From Vermamoeba vermiformis (taxonomy: Eukaryota): 64,000 nt of DNA. Position numbers and translations under genes: made by a program. The notes below the pieces were generated by a model. That model made no database searches. It was not told where the DNA came from and saw only the letters and a program-made list of their open reading frames with translations. The stretch lies in the NCBI GenBank assembly GCA_045837725.1, contig JBEWZL010000217.1, positions 1-64,000 on the forward strand. Direction: 5' to 3'. Shown here piece by piece: positions 11,783-24,913 of the stretch (its first letter is position 1; every line of letters begins with the position of its first letter).

Positions 11783-14498
11783 ATGTTGAAAACAACAATA
11801 CTATGTCGCTCGGTGACAAATTGTCTGCGTAAGCAATTAAATAAGCTGTATGATTATGATACTAACGGTTAGGACTAGCGTGGAAAAGGAAGTTGACATG
11901 CACATCTAGATCGTTGTTTCAAAAAGCTGCTCGGGCCACAAAAAATTGCACAAATATTAACACAGTATCTAGTATATATAATCAGCATAAATCAATCGAT
12001 AAAAGCAGATTCTATGCCACAGGTAATTTTGGTTCGAATCCAACTCGGTTTAAATAATTAACACGATGCCTATAACGCTTTATCTATTCCTTATTATTCT
12101 AAGGAAATTATTTCATAATATTTGGAGTATTTTGACAATTAATGTAATTATTTTCTAAACGGATCTGATCGTGGATCAACAAAGTTCCATTTACTTCGCT
12201 TTTAAATCTAATATTTTTCTTAGAAAAATGGCAGACTGTTATTAAAGGCAAAATCAAGGACATGCTTTCAGATTACGTCACTCGATACAACGCGATCCAA
12301 AACGATCTCGCCAGCGGTGCTGTACGTAATAATTGACTCGTTGAGAATAATACTAGGAAATTCGTACTGATATTTAAATAGCTTCCCCCTAAAGAAATAA
12401 TCAAGTTAACAAAAGAAGCAAGCAGTTTAACGCCGCTCGTACAAGCTTTTCAAGAATTTGAAAACAAACAAAAGGTAGATCTGAATAACGGAATTTATAT
12501 ATCGATCTATAATATATTCTTTAATCCATATTATTTAGAATTAATATGTTACCGTTAGGATTAAAATTAATTTGTTTTTGCTGTAGGAATTATTTGGCTT
12601 ACAAGCGATGTTCGAGGAAAGCAAAAACGATCCTGAAATGCACGCAATGACTAAAGAAGAAATTGCAGCGTGTTCAGAACAAGTTAAAGCATTCGAAAAG
12701 AATTTAATTATGAAATTATTGCCGAAGGACGAAGCTGACGAAGGCGATGCAATTATCGAAATTAGAGCAGGTAAGATGCTTAATTAATATTATATGATAC
12801 TACTATACGAAAAATCGAATGATTACTCTATTTTTTTCAGATTTGTAACGGATTTGTTTTTCTGTTTGATAGACTTAATTCTTTAATAGGTACCGGAGGT
12901 CTCGAGGCATCATTATTTGCCAATGATTTGCTGCGCATGTATCAAATGTACGCAGATATTAAAGGTCACCAGTATGAAGTTTTGTCCGTTTCAGACTCCG
13001 ATGTTGGCGGCATTAGGGTAAGTTTCGTATAATACGAAATATATTCATATCGATATATATTATAATAACCGTCGGTCACTTATTAGCAATGCCATTACTA
13101 ATGGTATGATGTTATTATAGGACGCTATTGCGTTGATGAAAGGTTCAGGTGTGTTCGGAAAAATCAAGTACGAAAGTGGTGTTCATCGAGTTCAAAGAAT
13201 GCCAGAAACTGATACTACAGTAAGTGTTGATTATAAAATGGATAGTAATATCGATACCATTTACTTTTACACGTCATTGACACTTTGACACTTTTAAGCG
13301 CATCCACACGTCAACTGCTACAGTTGCAGTTTTTCCCGACTTTGACGAAGATGTAAGTTAATTTCGAAAATTTCATTAGTATCATACATACGTACTAACG
13401 TTCAATATTTAGATCGATTTTGAATTGAAAGCTTCAGATATCCGCATTGATTATTACAGGTAGGCATTCGTTAACAGCAGTTTAATTAATACTAATTTGA
13501 ACAAATCTGGATCGGATCAATCGTTAAATATTTGACGCGCTGATGAAATCACTTAAATTTCCTAAGTTATTGGTGTTGTGATACCGCGCGTAGCCGACAC
13601 TGGCTTGTGCAAATCGAAATTCTGCTCTGTTAGTATGACAAGCAGTGACCCGAACACGGTGCATTTTTGTTAGGCCCGTCAGTGGTGACCTGAACACGAT
13701 CTGGTAGGCGACTCGGGCACGACCACACTAACAAGAATGCACCGCTTCCCGTCCAATCAGCGAAGTTAAGCTTGTTCAGGCCTTCTTAGTACTGGGGTAG
13801 GAGACTACCTGGGAATCGGAGGTGTTGTGCTCTTTACTTTTTGCGCGAGTCATCCACGTGCTTTTCTATCGACCCCAAAACTTTCACAAGATCCAGATCC
13901 ACACGAATTTTTTTTTGAATAGTTAATGTTAATGTTTATTTTTAGAGCTGGTGGTGCAGGAGGTCAACACGTGAATAAAACGGACAGTGCCGTGCGATTG
14001 ACGCACATGCCTACTGGTGTCGTGGTCGCTATTCAAGATCAACGCTCGCAGCATCAAAACAAAGCACGTGCCATGAAGATTTTAAAGTCACGTGTCTATG
14101 CTATTGAACGGGAAAAAGTTAAAGGCGCACGTGACGCCCAGAGAAAATCACAGGTATGATTTGACACAGTACTAAAATTTCCTTATTTGGGTTAACTTAC
14201 GCTTGTAGATCGGATCCGCTGAAAGAAGTGAACGAATTAGAACATATAACTTCCCTCAAGATAGAGTGACCGATCATAGAGTTGGTAAGTACAACGACTA
14301 CGCTTTTCAAATTCAACATCTGGATTCAGATCCAAACAAATCTAACAAAACTTTCGGGTAGGTATTACGTTGCATAATGTTGAATCAATGTTGAATGGAG
14401 AGCTATTAGATGAATTCCATTCGGCTCTAAGTGCGCAAGACGAAAGCGAATCGTTACGATTTTTCTTGGAGAACGAAGTTGAAAAAGAAAAGAAATAA
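11783..14498 (+). CDS. MRF1: Mitochondrial class I peptide chain release factor (RF1/prfA-type), multi-exon
   Basis: Spliced motifs [74 protein letters not shown]-terminus resembles a mitochondrial presequence. Confidence 0.93.
13715..13833 (+). rRNA. 5S rRNA gene inside an intron of the release factor gene
   Basis: 119 nt; helix I GGGCACGAC/GTTGTGCTC; conserved CCCGTCC, GAAGTTAAGC (box A), TTAGTACTGG (loop E/box C), CCTGGGAAT; downstream T-runs. Confidence 0.95.
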
Positions 14499-14701
14499 AA
14501 TAAAAACCAAAATATTCAATGATTATGATGGAAGCCAAGACTAGGTTTCTAATGATCATTAGAAATTTAGCTTGTGCAATTGATAATATGAATCCGCAAT
14601 TTTGTTGGTAAAAGAATACGCAGAGAAAAAGAAAAACGGATTCCAATTCGAATGACAACAAATTCGCATTTAGATCATTTAACAATTTTTGTATCAATAC
14701 A

Positions 14702-16575
14702 ATGGAAGAGGTTCGTACCACTCCGACGAAGAGAAAGTTAGATCAACTACTAGAAGCCGACACAAATCCGCTGAATAAAAAATTCAAAATTGATAAAAAT
14801 AGTGATTACAAGGTATGATAAATATAGATTGTTCAAACATCGCTCCGGCTAATATATAAATTCTTGGACAGGAAGAATTGTCATTTTCAGATCTGCCGCC
14901 TGAAACACAATACCACATACTTTCCTTTATCACAAGTGATCATCATAGACGTGTCTATAGATTAGTTTCAAAAATTTGGAGCGAATTTATCAATTACAGC
15001 GAGTTTAAAATTGGACTTTTGCTCGAAACTGAATCCGACGAATTTATTCGATATTTCAGTCAGTATGAGAAGCCAATTGGACTCAAATTTATGAAGACAG
15101 CGCATTTTATCACTTCCGCGTACCAAAAACCATTTTCCAATCCAAATTTAATCCGAGAAGATCAACTTTTGCGCGCGATCGAGAATCTGACTCAACTTAC
15201 CTCTTTGGATCTACACCTTGACGCATTTAAAGTTCCAAAACAATTAACAAATCTTCAACATCTCTCAATATTATACAGCATGGAGACTAAAGAAGATTCA
15301 GAGTCGCTTTTGTTTAGTCTGCCACATCTGACTTCGCTCTCAGTCCCAACTTTCCACCTCGGAACGAAATTTCCTCCCAAATTAGAAAAACTCAGTTGTG
15401 ATATGATAGAATTTCAAGCAGAGAGAACATTAGAACAAAATACAAGATTGACATCACTTCAGGGAATTTTTGACAAAACTTTAATTCGAGCACTTCCAAA
15501 TCTACGACAACTAGACATCAAATCATCGTACATAATATTAAACAAAGATACACCAAATTTAATTCCTTATTTAGAAGACCTTTGCACAAGTACATTTCAG
15601 CCAGAATGGGAATTCAAACATCTCACACAACTTGATATTAAAGCTATTGGCAGTCCACCACCAGTAAAATTGACAAACAAATTGGCAAAATTGAAGGTAC
15701 TAAAGTGCCATGAACTAGATCTGGAAGATTGTGATATGAATATTATGAAATCATTGGAATCATGTGTTATTAGAGATGATGACTGTAATATGAAAGTTTT
15801 GCCAAAACTAAATTCTGAGAAAATTACTCAACTAACAATTAAAGCCACAGAAGATAATTTTGTTGATTTTGCCAAGTTTACAAACTTGGTGAGTTTAAAG
15901 ATGACTTTGCCTGGAAAAAGTGGACCACATCCAGTGCCACTAACATCATTAACAAAATTGATACTGTATTATAACACATATCCAACAACATGGATGAATG
16001 GACTTCAAAATTTGCAAGATTTAAGTATTGCACCGATAGTAAATGCTAGGAATTTCAATGAGCTGCTTGATTTCGAAGAATTACAAAAATTGACAGTGTT
16101 GCGAATGAGAGGCAGTTATGATCGAATTTACGTCAAAAATTTAACCAGCTTGATCCAATTAGAGATAGAAAGTGGTCCTTATCAAAAAAAACCACCAACA
16201 CTTGATATTTATGGCTTATCAACATTAACAAATTTGACGCGCTTGGCTTTTATAAGCGGATCATCGTACAAAGCTCTGAAAAATTGGACAGATCTGGCCA
16301 GTTTGACGAAATTACGCGATCTGTATCTCGGTGCCGAACAAGAAAGAGGCGACGGAACTAATTTGGCACTACTTACAAATTTAACTCGTTTAGATTATTC
16401 TACGAGTGATGTACATTCGCTTGAATGTTTGACAAAACTTAGTCGATTGCAAATATTAAGAGTTCAAGGTGACGAAGCAAAATATATTCGACAGAATATT
16501 TTCCCTGAACTACCGTTTTGTTACGATTGCGTGGTTTTTCCGGATTATAAAAAGGAACGTGATCCAATAAAGTAA
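14702..16575 (+). CDS. F-box + leucine-rich repeat protein
   Basis: Short first exon, intron 14813-14871; F-box FSDLPPETQYHILSF...LVSKIW; many LxxLxL repeats. Confidence 0.88.
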
Positions 16576-16934
16576 TTGCTGCTGTATTTTTAAAACCAAA
16601 ATAGGAGAATAAAGATCGATGAAACGAATGCGCGGATAAATAATCGTGCGTTACATAGTAAATGCGGCAATACTGCTTGATAAGCAGGTCAAAAAATACC
16701 TTGAAGGCGAATTTACATTTTGATTCTTGCTGTCTTTTCATCGACTGCACCTCTCAACACGCCCGTTGCAGCTGATAAGACCAGCGCTTCTGTCTACAAT
16801 ATTACAATATTACTATTAGTTTAATATTTGCATTCATTAGTTGTTGCAATAAAAGGTTGTCGAACGGAAGAGATCCGATATTAATTGAAAATGATTGTAA
16901 AGTTTTAATTATTAGTAGTGTACAAGTTATGTTT

Positions 16935-19900
16935 TTAAGCTGTATCTTTAGCCTTGTAGAGCGGGTTAGCAGCGTCAGAGTAAGCAGCCTGGTACATCGG
17001 GTTAGTGGCACCAGAGGTCATACTGTCGTTCAAGTTCTCGAAGAAGTCGTCAACGGCAGCAGCCTTCTTCTTCATTCTCCAGATCACAATGCCGGCGGCA
17101 GCAGCTGCAGCGGCGGCGGAGACAGAGACGGCAATAGTAAGCGTGTTGTCGGTACCAGTAGTGGTGGTCAAACCAGTGTCAACGGAGTACAAAATGCGAG
17201 CGACAACAACGTCCTTGAGCGCAGTGTTGTTCCAATCAGTGTTGCCCAAGTCATCGACAGTGATGGTCAAAGTAGTTTGAGTGGTAATGTTGCTTGAGAA
17301 GTAGAGGTTGGCCAAGTACACATTGAGATCAGTTTGTTTGGCCTTGCAAGTCAAGTTGTTGGCCTCAATAGTGCAAGGAACGTTGTTGAGCGAGCTGCCA
17401 AAGGAGAAGGCACCAGCATCCTTCTCGGCAAGGATGGTCAAGAGGATCTGCTTCTTGCCAGCGTCAATGTCACTAACGTTGAAAGCACTCAAAGCAGTGC
17501 GTGAGGCGCCGTTGGTGTCAGTGTTGACAGTCAAGTCGAGGGTCGTGTAGCCAATGACAGGAGCGTCGTTGACGGGTCTGACACGAATGATGGAGCGAGC
17601 AACGTTGGAGTCAGCACCGGCGTCATCTTGAAGGGTCACGGTGAAACCGGCAAAGTTTCTGTCGTCGTAGGCATTGGCGTCAGGAACAAAGAGCACTCTC
17701 CAAGTACCGTTGCCGAATTGGCTGGTCAAAGTGGCAGGGATGGTCAATTCTTCACCTTGCTTGCAGTAAGCGCCGTCAGTAACGTCGCAGTTGTAGAGCT
17801 TAGCGTTGGAAGGAACTTGGCTGCTCAAAATAGCGACGAGCTTGGAGATGTCAGAATCGATATCGGTGCCGTTCCATTCAAGCACAAGAGTGGTGTCTTC
17901 GAACATGACAACACGCTCAGGCAAGACGTTGTAGAGAGGAGTGAGGACAGGAGGATCGTTGACAGGAGTGACGTCAATGGTGATGGTGTAAGTGCCGCTA
18001 AGCAAGCCATCAGAGTCGCGTAATTGGAAGGCGAAGCTGGCGTAATTGTTGCCGTTCTCGTTGGCAGCGGGCAAGAACATGAGCTGTCGTTGAGTGCCTG
18101 TCAAAGTGTCACCAACATTAACAGCGGTCTCAACGCAAGAGTTGGTCTCAGTGGCAGTGCAAATGTACAGCGAGCCACGAGCAACAGTCTTAGTGATGAC
18201 GATGGAAGTCTCGCCAGTGGAGTCAATGTCGGTGATTTGAGAGCCCAAGTTGATGTTGAGGATGGTGTCTTCAGGGATGGTCAAAGTAGTGGCACCATTG
18301 TAAGTCGAAGGATCGTTAACAGGCGTCACGAAAACAAGACCGTCGTAGACGTCGCTGTAAGCACCGTCACTGTCGAGGATCTGGAAAGTGAAGGTAGCCA
18401 AAGGAAGACCGTTGGCGCTGTTGGCGTTGGCAGGAGGCTTGTAGAAGAGAGTCTTGTTGTTGTTGGGCAAGAATTGACCGACTTGGACTTCTTGAGTGAG
18501 AGCAGCGTCGTAGTAGAAAGTACCGACAGAGCTCGAGCCAATCGAGGTAATCTTGACGCTGAGGTCGCTATAGAGTGATTCCAAATCAATAGCGGTCAAG
18601 GTGATAGTAGCAACGGTGTCTTCATCGATAGTTGTCACGGACTTCTGGCTGACAGGGGGAGTATTGGAGAAGATAATGTAGATGTCAACAGTGTAGTTCG
18701 AAGGGGAGTCGAGTTGACCGTCATTCAACTTGAAGTTGAACGAAACGAAGGGCACGTTAGGATTGACGGCAAGACCGCGGAGATCGGGAGGAGTCCAAGT
18801 CAAGACGATTGACGAGGGGTTAGTGCCAGCGTTGTAAGGAGTGGTGGTGATTTGACTTTCGGATTGAGTCAAAGTACCGACGTCAGGAACGCTCAAAAGA
18901 ATGAGCTTGATGGCGGAGGGAGCAGTATCAACGTCATTGGCAACCCAATCAGTAATGTCAACCGAGTCGATTCTGGTGGTCGAAACCTTGCGGCTTTGAG
19001 AAGTAGGAGGGTCGTTGACAGGCGTGACGGTGATGGTACCAGTGGAGGTTGAGATCAAACCAGCAGGGTCCTTGACGTACCAGTTGAAGTTGTCTTGGCC
19101 GTTGAAGTTAGCGGCAGGAACGTAACGAGTGTTGAAGTTGTTGACAGAGAGGGCTTGGCCTTGAGTGACAGCGGTCCAAGTAGTTCCATCAGTCGTGGTT
19201 TGCAATTGACCGTTGCTCGGCAAAGAGGTGACATAGACAGTCAACTCAGTGTTCAAGTTGTCAACATCGCTCACGTAAGTGCTCCAAAGGAAGGTCTTGG
19301 CGGTGTCTTCCGCAGTAGTGAGAGTGATGGGCGTGGCAACAGGAGCGTCGTTAATGGGGAGAACGTTGAAAGTTACGGTCTTCGGGTCAGAGTTAGCATT
19401 GGCAGCACCGCTATTGTCACGGATAAGGAAATTGAAAGTAGTGTAAGGTGAGCCGTTGTCGTTGGTGTCAGGAGTGAAGCGCAATTGCCACGAGGCATCA
19501 GTGCTGTAAGGGAACTCGTCGTTGAGAGCCACTTGAGTGTCATCACCAGCAGGACGAATGAGCTTGCCCTTGGCGGGGAGTGACTTAATGACAAGTGTGA
19601 AAGTGTCACCGACATCAACATCAGTCACGGCGAATTGAGTGAGAGTAGCAGTAGTATCTTCATCGATAGTCACGCTAAAGCTGTTGGTGATGGGCTGATC
19701 GTTCACAGGAGTGACGGTAATGTTGACAAATTGCACGGCAGAAACACCGTTGAGAGTGTCAACAAAGTAGAAGTAGAACGAATCAGGACCGTTGTAGTTC
19801 TCGTTGGGACGGTAGTTCACCAAGTAGTAAGTGGTGTTCGTGGTCGTCTGACGAATAGCGCTTGGCAAGGCAGTGTTGATAGTTGTGTAGTCAACGCCGT

Positions 19901-22900
19901 TAGCGACGATAGTACCGTGTTGAGGAAGAGTGGCAATGTAACCAGTCAATGTGGTGCTTTGACCGGCATCAGGGTCATTGCCTTCAATTCTGAAGTTGTT
20001 GTAGGTGGTGTCTTCAGGAGTGACGATAGAACCAGGGGTCAAGACAACGGGAACCTTGTTGGCACTGACACGAAGGTAGACAGTGACAATATTGGAGGTA
20101 GCACTAGCAGCGTCAGTGACTTGGAAGCTAACAATGCCGTTCAAGTTGTCAGGGGCGGTGGAGCTTGGAGTCCAGGCAATGTTCAACTGCTTCAAAGTAG
20201 CGTCGTTGCTGGCGTACGTGGCAATAGTAGTGGTCGCCGAGGGGCTAATGGTAGTGCCAGAGACAACGTTGACAGTACCGTAAGAGGCAGTGACGTTCAA
20301 GCTGAAAGCCTTGGCAGTCAAAGTGTCACCAATGTCAACGTCACGAATGTACAGAGGGAAAGTAGCTGTAGCCTGTCTGTCCGAGATAACAATAGTGGCG
20401 GTGGTCGTGAGCGTAGGAGGGTCGTTGACAGGAGTCACGATAACGGTGACGGTGTAAGTGGTAGCAGATCTGAGGGCACCGTCATAAACATCGTAAGTGA
20501 AGACGTAGTTTCCGTTCTGATCAGCCGCAGGAGTGAAGTAGACGCTTTGTTGGGTTAATTGCGTGGCAGAAGTCAATGAAGATGAGCTAGCGGAGGTCTG
20601 CTTGAGTGAACCAACGCTGGAGTCACCGAGGCTGCGCACAGTTACGATGAGCGAAGAGTTGGCATTGTCAACGTCCCAGATGCTACCCACGAAGCTGATC
20701 GAGAGAGGAGTGTCTTCAGCAGTAGTGACAGTGAAGTCAGAGCCGACAGGAGCGTCGTTGACAGGCAAGACGTTGATGGTACCAGTGTACACAGCAGAGT
20801 CATTTTTGCCGTCGTTGAACTTGAACTTGAAGGTGGTGAAAGGAGAACCGTTTTGGTCAGCGGGAGGAGTGAATAACAGTTTGCCAGAGGGGACGGCAGC
20901 GGGCAATGAGCCGAGTGCAGAGCCGTCAGCCTGGGTGAGAGTTCCCTTGCCAACGGAAGTAGTGACGTACAAAGTCAATGCATCACCCTCAACGTCAGAT
21001 CCGGTGATTTGATCGATGACCAAAGGAGTGTCTTCGTTGGTAGTCACGGTGATATCGCTTGAAGTGGGAGGATCGTTGACAGGCAAGACATAGATGTACA
21101 CGGTAACAGTGGCAGAAGTTGCACTAGCAGAGTCAATAGCGAAGTAAGTGAACGAGGTGATGCCGTTCCAGTCAGCAGGAGGTGTGTAGCGCACCAAGTT
21201 AAGAGGAATGTTGGTGTTACCACTTGACACGGTTGAAGTGTAGGTCTGACCATAAGTGAGAGTTCCCTTCGAGGGCAAGGTTACGATGGTAACAGTAGGA
21301 GTGGTGCCGTCAACGTCATTAATGAAGTTAACGAAGTTAATCGTCTTCTTGTTCAAGTCGGTCTCGTCTTCGTTAATAGTAATGTTGAAGGATTGAGCGG
21401 TAGGAGGATCATTGACAGGACGAACAGTCAAAGAAACAGATCCAGTGGTGTTCTCGCAACCATCGGTGACGAGCAAGTTAAGAACAATGTCTCCGTTGAA
21501 GTTGGCATAAGGATTCAAGGTGAAGGTAGCAGAGGGGTCGTACCAAGTATTGGCTGCGACGTTGGATCCGGCAAGTTGAATAGTTCCAGAGGTCGAAGAA
21601 GGCAAGCTAGGGAACAAGAACTTCATCTTGTTTGATTGAGCATCGCTGAAGACAGAGCTCAAAGAGAAAGTCAGCGAGGAATCTTCGTCACCGTAGAAAG
21701 TGGTGGTCGAAATGGTGGGTGCCAAGTTAACGACCATCTTGACATTGACGACGTTGTAACCCCAGATGACGTAGCTCAAAGTGCTGGGAGAAACGTAGTT
21801 CGCAATACCGCCTGCAGGCCAGCCGAGAGTCAAGTTGACTTGAGTATAGGCGCTGACAGCAGGAGTGATGCTAGTTGGCAAACTAACAACGAATTGATTG
21901 GAAAGCGTGTTCAAAGCAGTGACAGCTGAGTTGCTAGCAGCCCACAAGATCGAGTTGACGGCTTGGATCGAGAAGGTGGGGTAGACATGAGAGTACGAGT
22001 TGTAGAAGGGTAATGACAGAGAGGCGTAAGAGCTCGATACAGCTGAACCAGCAATGAACAAAGGCACGACGTTGGCGCTGGCAGAAGCTGACGCAAGAGC
22101 GTCAAGACCAGTGCTGGCGGGAGGTGCCTTGGTCACGACAACGACAACAGAAAGTCCACCAGCGTTAGTAAGACTGCGCCAGCCCATACCACTGGTAGTG
22201 ATGAGCGAAGCAACGCTGCTGTAGACGTTCGAAGTAGCTGAAGTGAAAGTGGTGCCCAACGCCACGGACTTGAAGGCCGAGATCTGACTCGACACTGCCG
22301 AGCTCAATGTAGAGACGTCGGTGCTTGATTGACGAAGGATAGCATAACCGAGTTGCATGCTTCCAACAGGGAAGTTACTTTGAATGTTGGTAGTAAAAGT
22401 TGTGAATTGAGTCCTGCGGGTAAATTATTAGTATGAGACTAAAAATCGGTTAATTAAAATTAAACTCACTTGAAATTATCCCATTCAGATGAAGATACTC
22501 CATTGAAGTCAGCGACGAACAAGATATCAAGAGGGCGCTTGCTGTTAGCCCAAGTGAAGATGTTTACGGGCAAAGTGATCTGAGGGTTCGCGTTAGATGG
22601 GACGACGTAAGCGGTCCAAGTAGTCGGATCAACAGACTTGTTGACGGGTGAGGAGGTAGGGTCACGAGTGATAGTGGCAGAACCAATGTTAGGATCACAG
22701 AAGTTATTCTCCAAGTTTGTGCATCCGTTGCTTGTGACATAGATACTTCTTAATAAAATACGGTAGCTGCAGTCAGCACCAACGCATTGAGAGTCCGAAG
22801 AGAAGGTAGTAACCTTGCCGCCCGAGCAAGAGTTACCGTTAGGGAGGATGCACTTGTCACCAGCTGTCAACAAGTAGGAGTTGGATGTGGTTCCGGTCCA

Positions 22901-24006
22901 AGCGAATTTGCTTCCGGCGGCAGTGACGGCAGCGAGAGTGGTGCTGTCATAGGGAGCAATCATGTATCCGCTGGGGATACGGATAAAGCTTTGGCAGCCT
23001 ATTAATAACATGTGTCAGCGCACACGGGACGGGACCGTTTGGGAATGCAATTCGCTTTCACTTACCATACTTGTTGCTGTTTTCCAAGAGCGTGTAGGTG
23101 TAGCAGCTGTATTGAGCATAAGTAATAACACTTCCGTCAACACAGCCTTGAATAAAACCGTCGGTGTAGTTGCTAACTACGGTTTGGTTCCAAAGACCGT
23201 TCACTCCGAAGGCAAACATGACTGCAAAAGTTATTAATTATACGCCTGGTAGTTGTTATAGTAATGTGACGTACCATCATTATAATCAGCATCACCCATG
23301 CTCGCGTCTTCAAATCCAAAAAGAGTTTTACCGCCGACGGTAGCCCACGAGACGTGCTTGTTACCGTCGCTATTTCTCAACGCAGAAGAAGTCATACTGA
23401 ACCACTTTTGAGCGTTGGTATTGAAGGGGGTGCTATCCCACGCGTTCACGTATATGAAGAAGCTAATATAATTGTGTTATTAGGACTTGGTGCGTCCTAT
23501 CCGAAATCCGATCGGACATCCGAATCTACTACATACCCCAAAATGGTACCAGCGGGGAAAGGTCCCAAAGTCACTGTATACCCAGGATACATGCATCCAT
23601 TAGGTCCGTATTGGGGCACGACGTCCTTAAGCAAAGGATAGATGACCACCAAACCGGGATTTGCGTTGTAGGTTTGAGTTGTGGAGTTGTACAGGAAGTA
23701 GCCAAAGGAGTTCCTGGACGAAGTGATCGAAAGAACGTAGGTGATATCGATCGTGGCGTTGTCTGAAAGGAATTGCACGAAGACGTTGGTATTCTTGTTG
23801 ACCAGTAGAGGATTCGGTGTTTGCGTTTCGATAAAGATCTTGCGTAATTCGCTCATGTAGTCATTCGTAAGGAAGGTAGTATTGTAGACTTGATTAATAA
23901 ATGCGCTTGCTGGCCTCTTGGTTGCATCGCAATATGAGAAGTTAATCGCAGCGTGGCCAAGGGCTGCGAAGGCCAGAAAAATTACTAATGTACAAACGAG
24001 CTTCAT
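16935..24006 (-). CDS. SibA-like (integrin-beta-like) giant transmembrane adhesin
   Basis: Signal peptide; GFED...DADYND motif; vWA-like strand RPLDILFVAD; about 13 cadherin-like units ending in (V/I)ND(A/P)P or variants; Ala-rich TM helix; cytoplasmic NPMY and NPLY. Confidence 0.85.
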
Positions 24007-24913
24007 ATATGGAGCTCTATTTAAAAAATAAATGTTAAATGGTCACGATGCAAATTCAACTTTTTGTGCATTGCTGACTTGTCAACGCGTGTCAGGTTAT
24101 TAATGTCTACTGTAAATCACTGGAGATTAATCGAGCTCACCTCCCTGGTTGACAAACCTTCCTTTTATGGTTGAAACGAGAATAAAAATTATAAATCTCG
24201 TTCAGTGAACAACGCGTATTCCGGTTGAATTTTACTTCTTTTGCGAAGTAATTGCCTAACAAAATTAACTTTAGTGATACGCAACGCGATACTTAACTAA
24301 TATCAACAGAAGATACCTGTTTTCTGGCGTGTACTAGCTTCTCGTTGGTTCGTGATTCAATAGTACTATTTCCCGCGCACAAATTTGGGATGAACTCGTT
24401 ACAACTACCCAACCCATAGCTTGTTAAGAAATGGTTGGTGCAATTTGCGTGCCATATTGGATGTTAACGTTACCATAATACCTTTTTTAATGGTTAAATT
24501 AAATATTCCGTATTAATTTCTAATTAAGAGTATGTGTTTACTGCGTGCCCGGGTACAAGTTTAATTTTAATTTTTTTCACATATAAAGCAACGAGTTTTA
24601 AATGATGACGAAAAATATTAAATCGATCGAGTTACCTCTGTGGATAGCAGGCTTGCGTACTCGTTTAATCCATCCGAAGATGACGCAGTATAATCAATTG
24701 AAGGTTATTTGAACAATTGTGGTTTGTATGTTGCGTGTTCATGTTGTTAAGCAGAATTAATTGAATTCAAGGTTAATCCGGAGTCGGCGAAGTAATGGCA
24801 CAGCAAGTTTATAGAGAATGAAATGGCTTTAATTGCAGGACGAATCAACTACAAAGTAAGCTAACAATCATCATTCGCCGTCGCGCGACTGAATGAAGTG
24901 ACAGAGACACCCC

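Noticed and set aside
16857-21929. Long plus-strand ORFs opposite the adhesin
   Set aside because: Antisense shadows caused by strong codon bias; no recognisable motifs.
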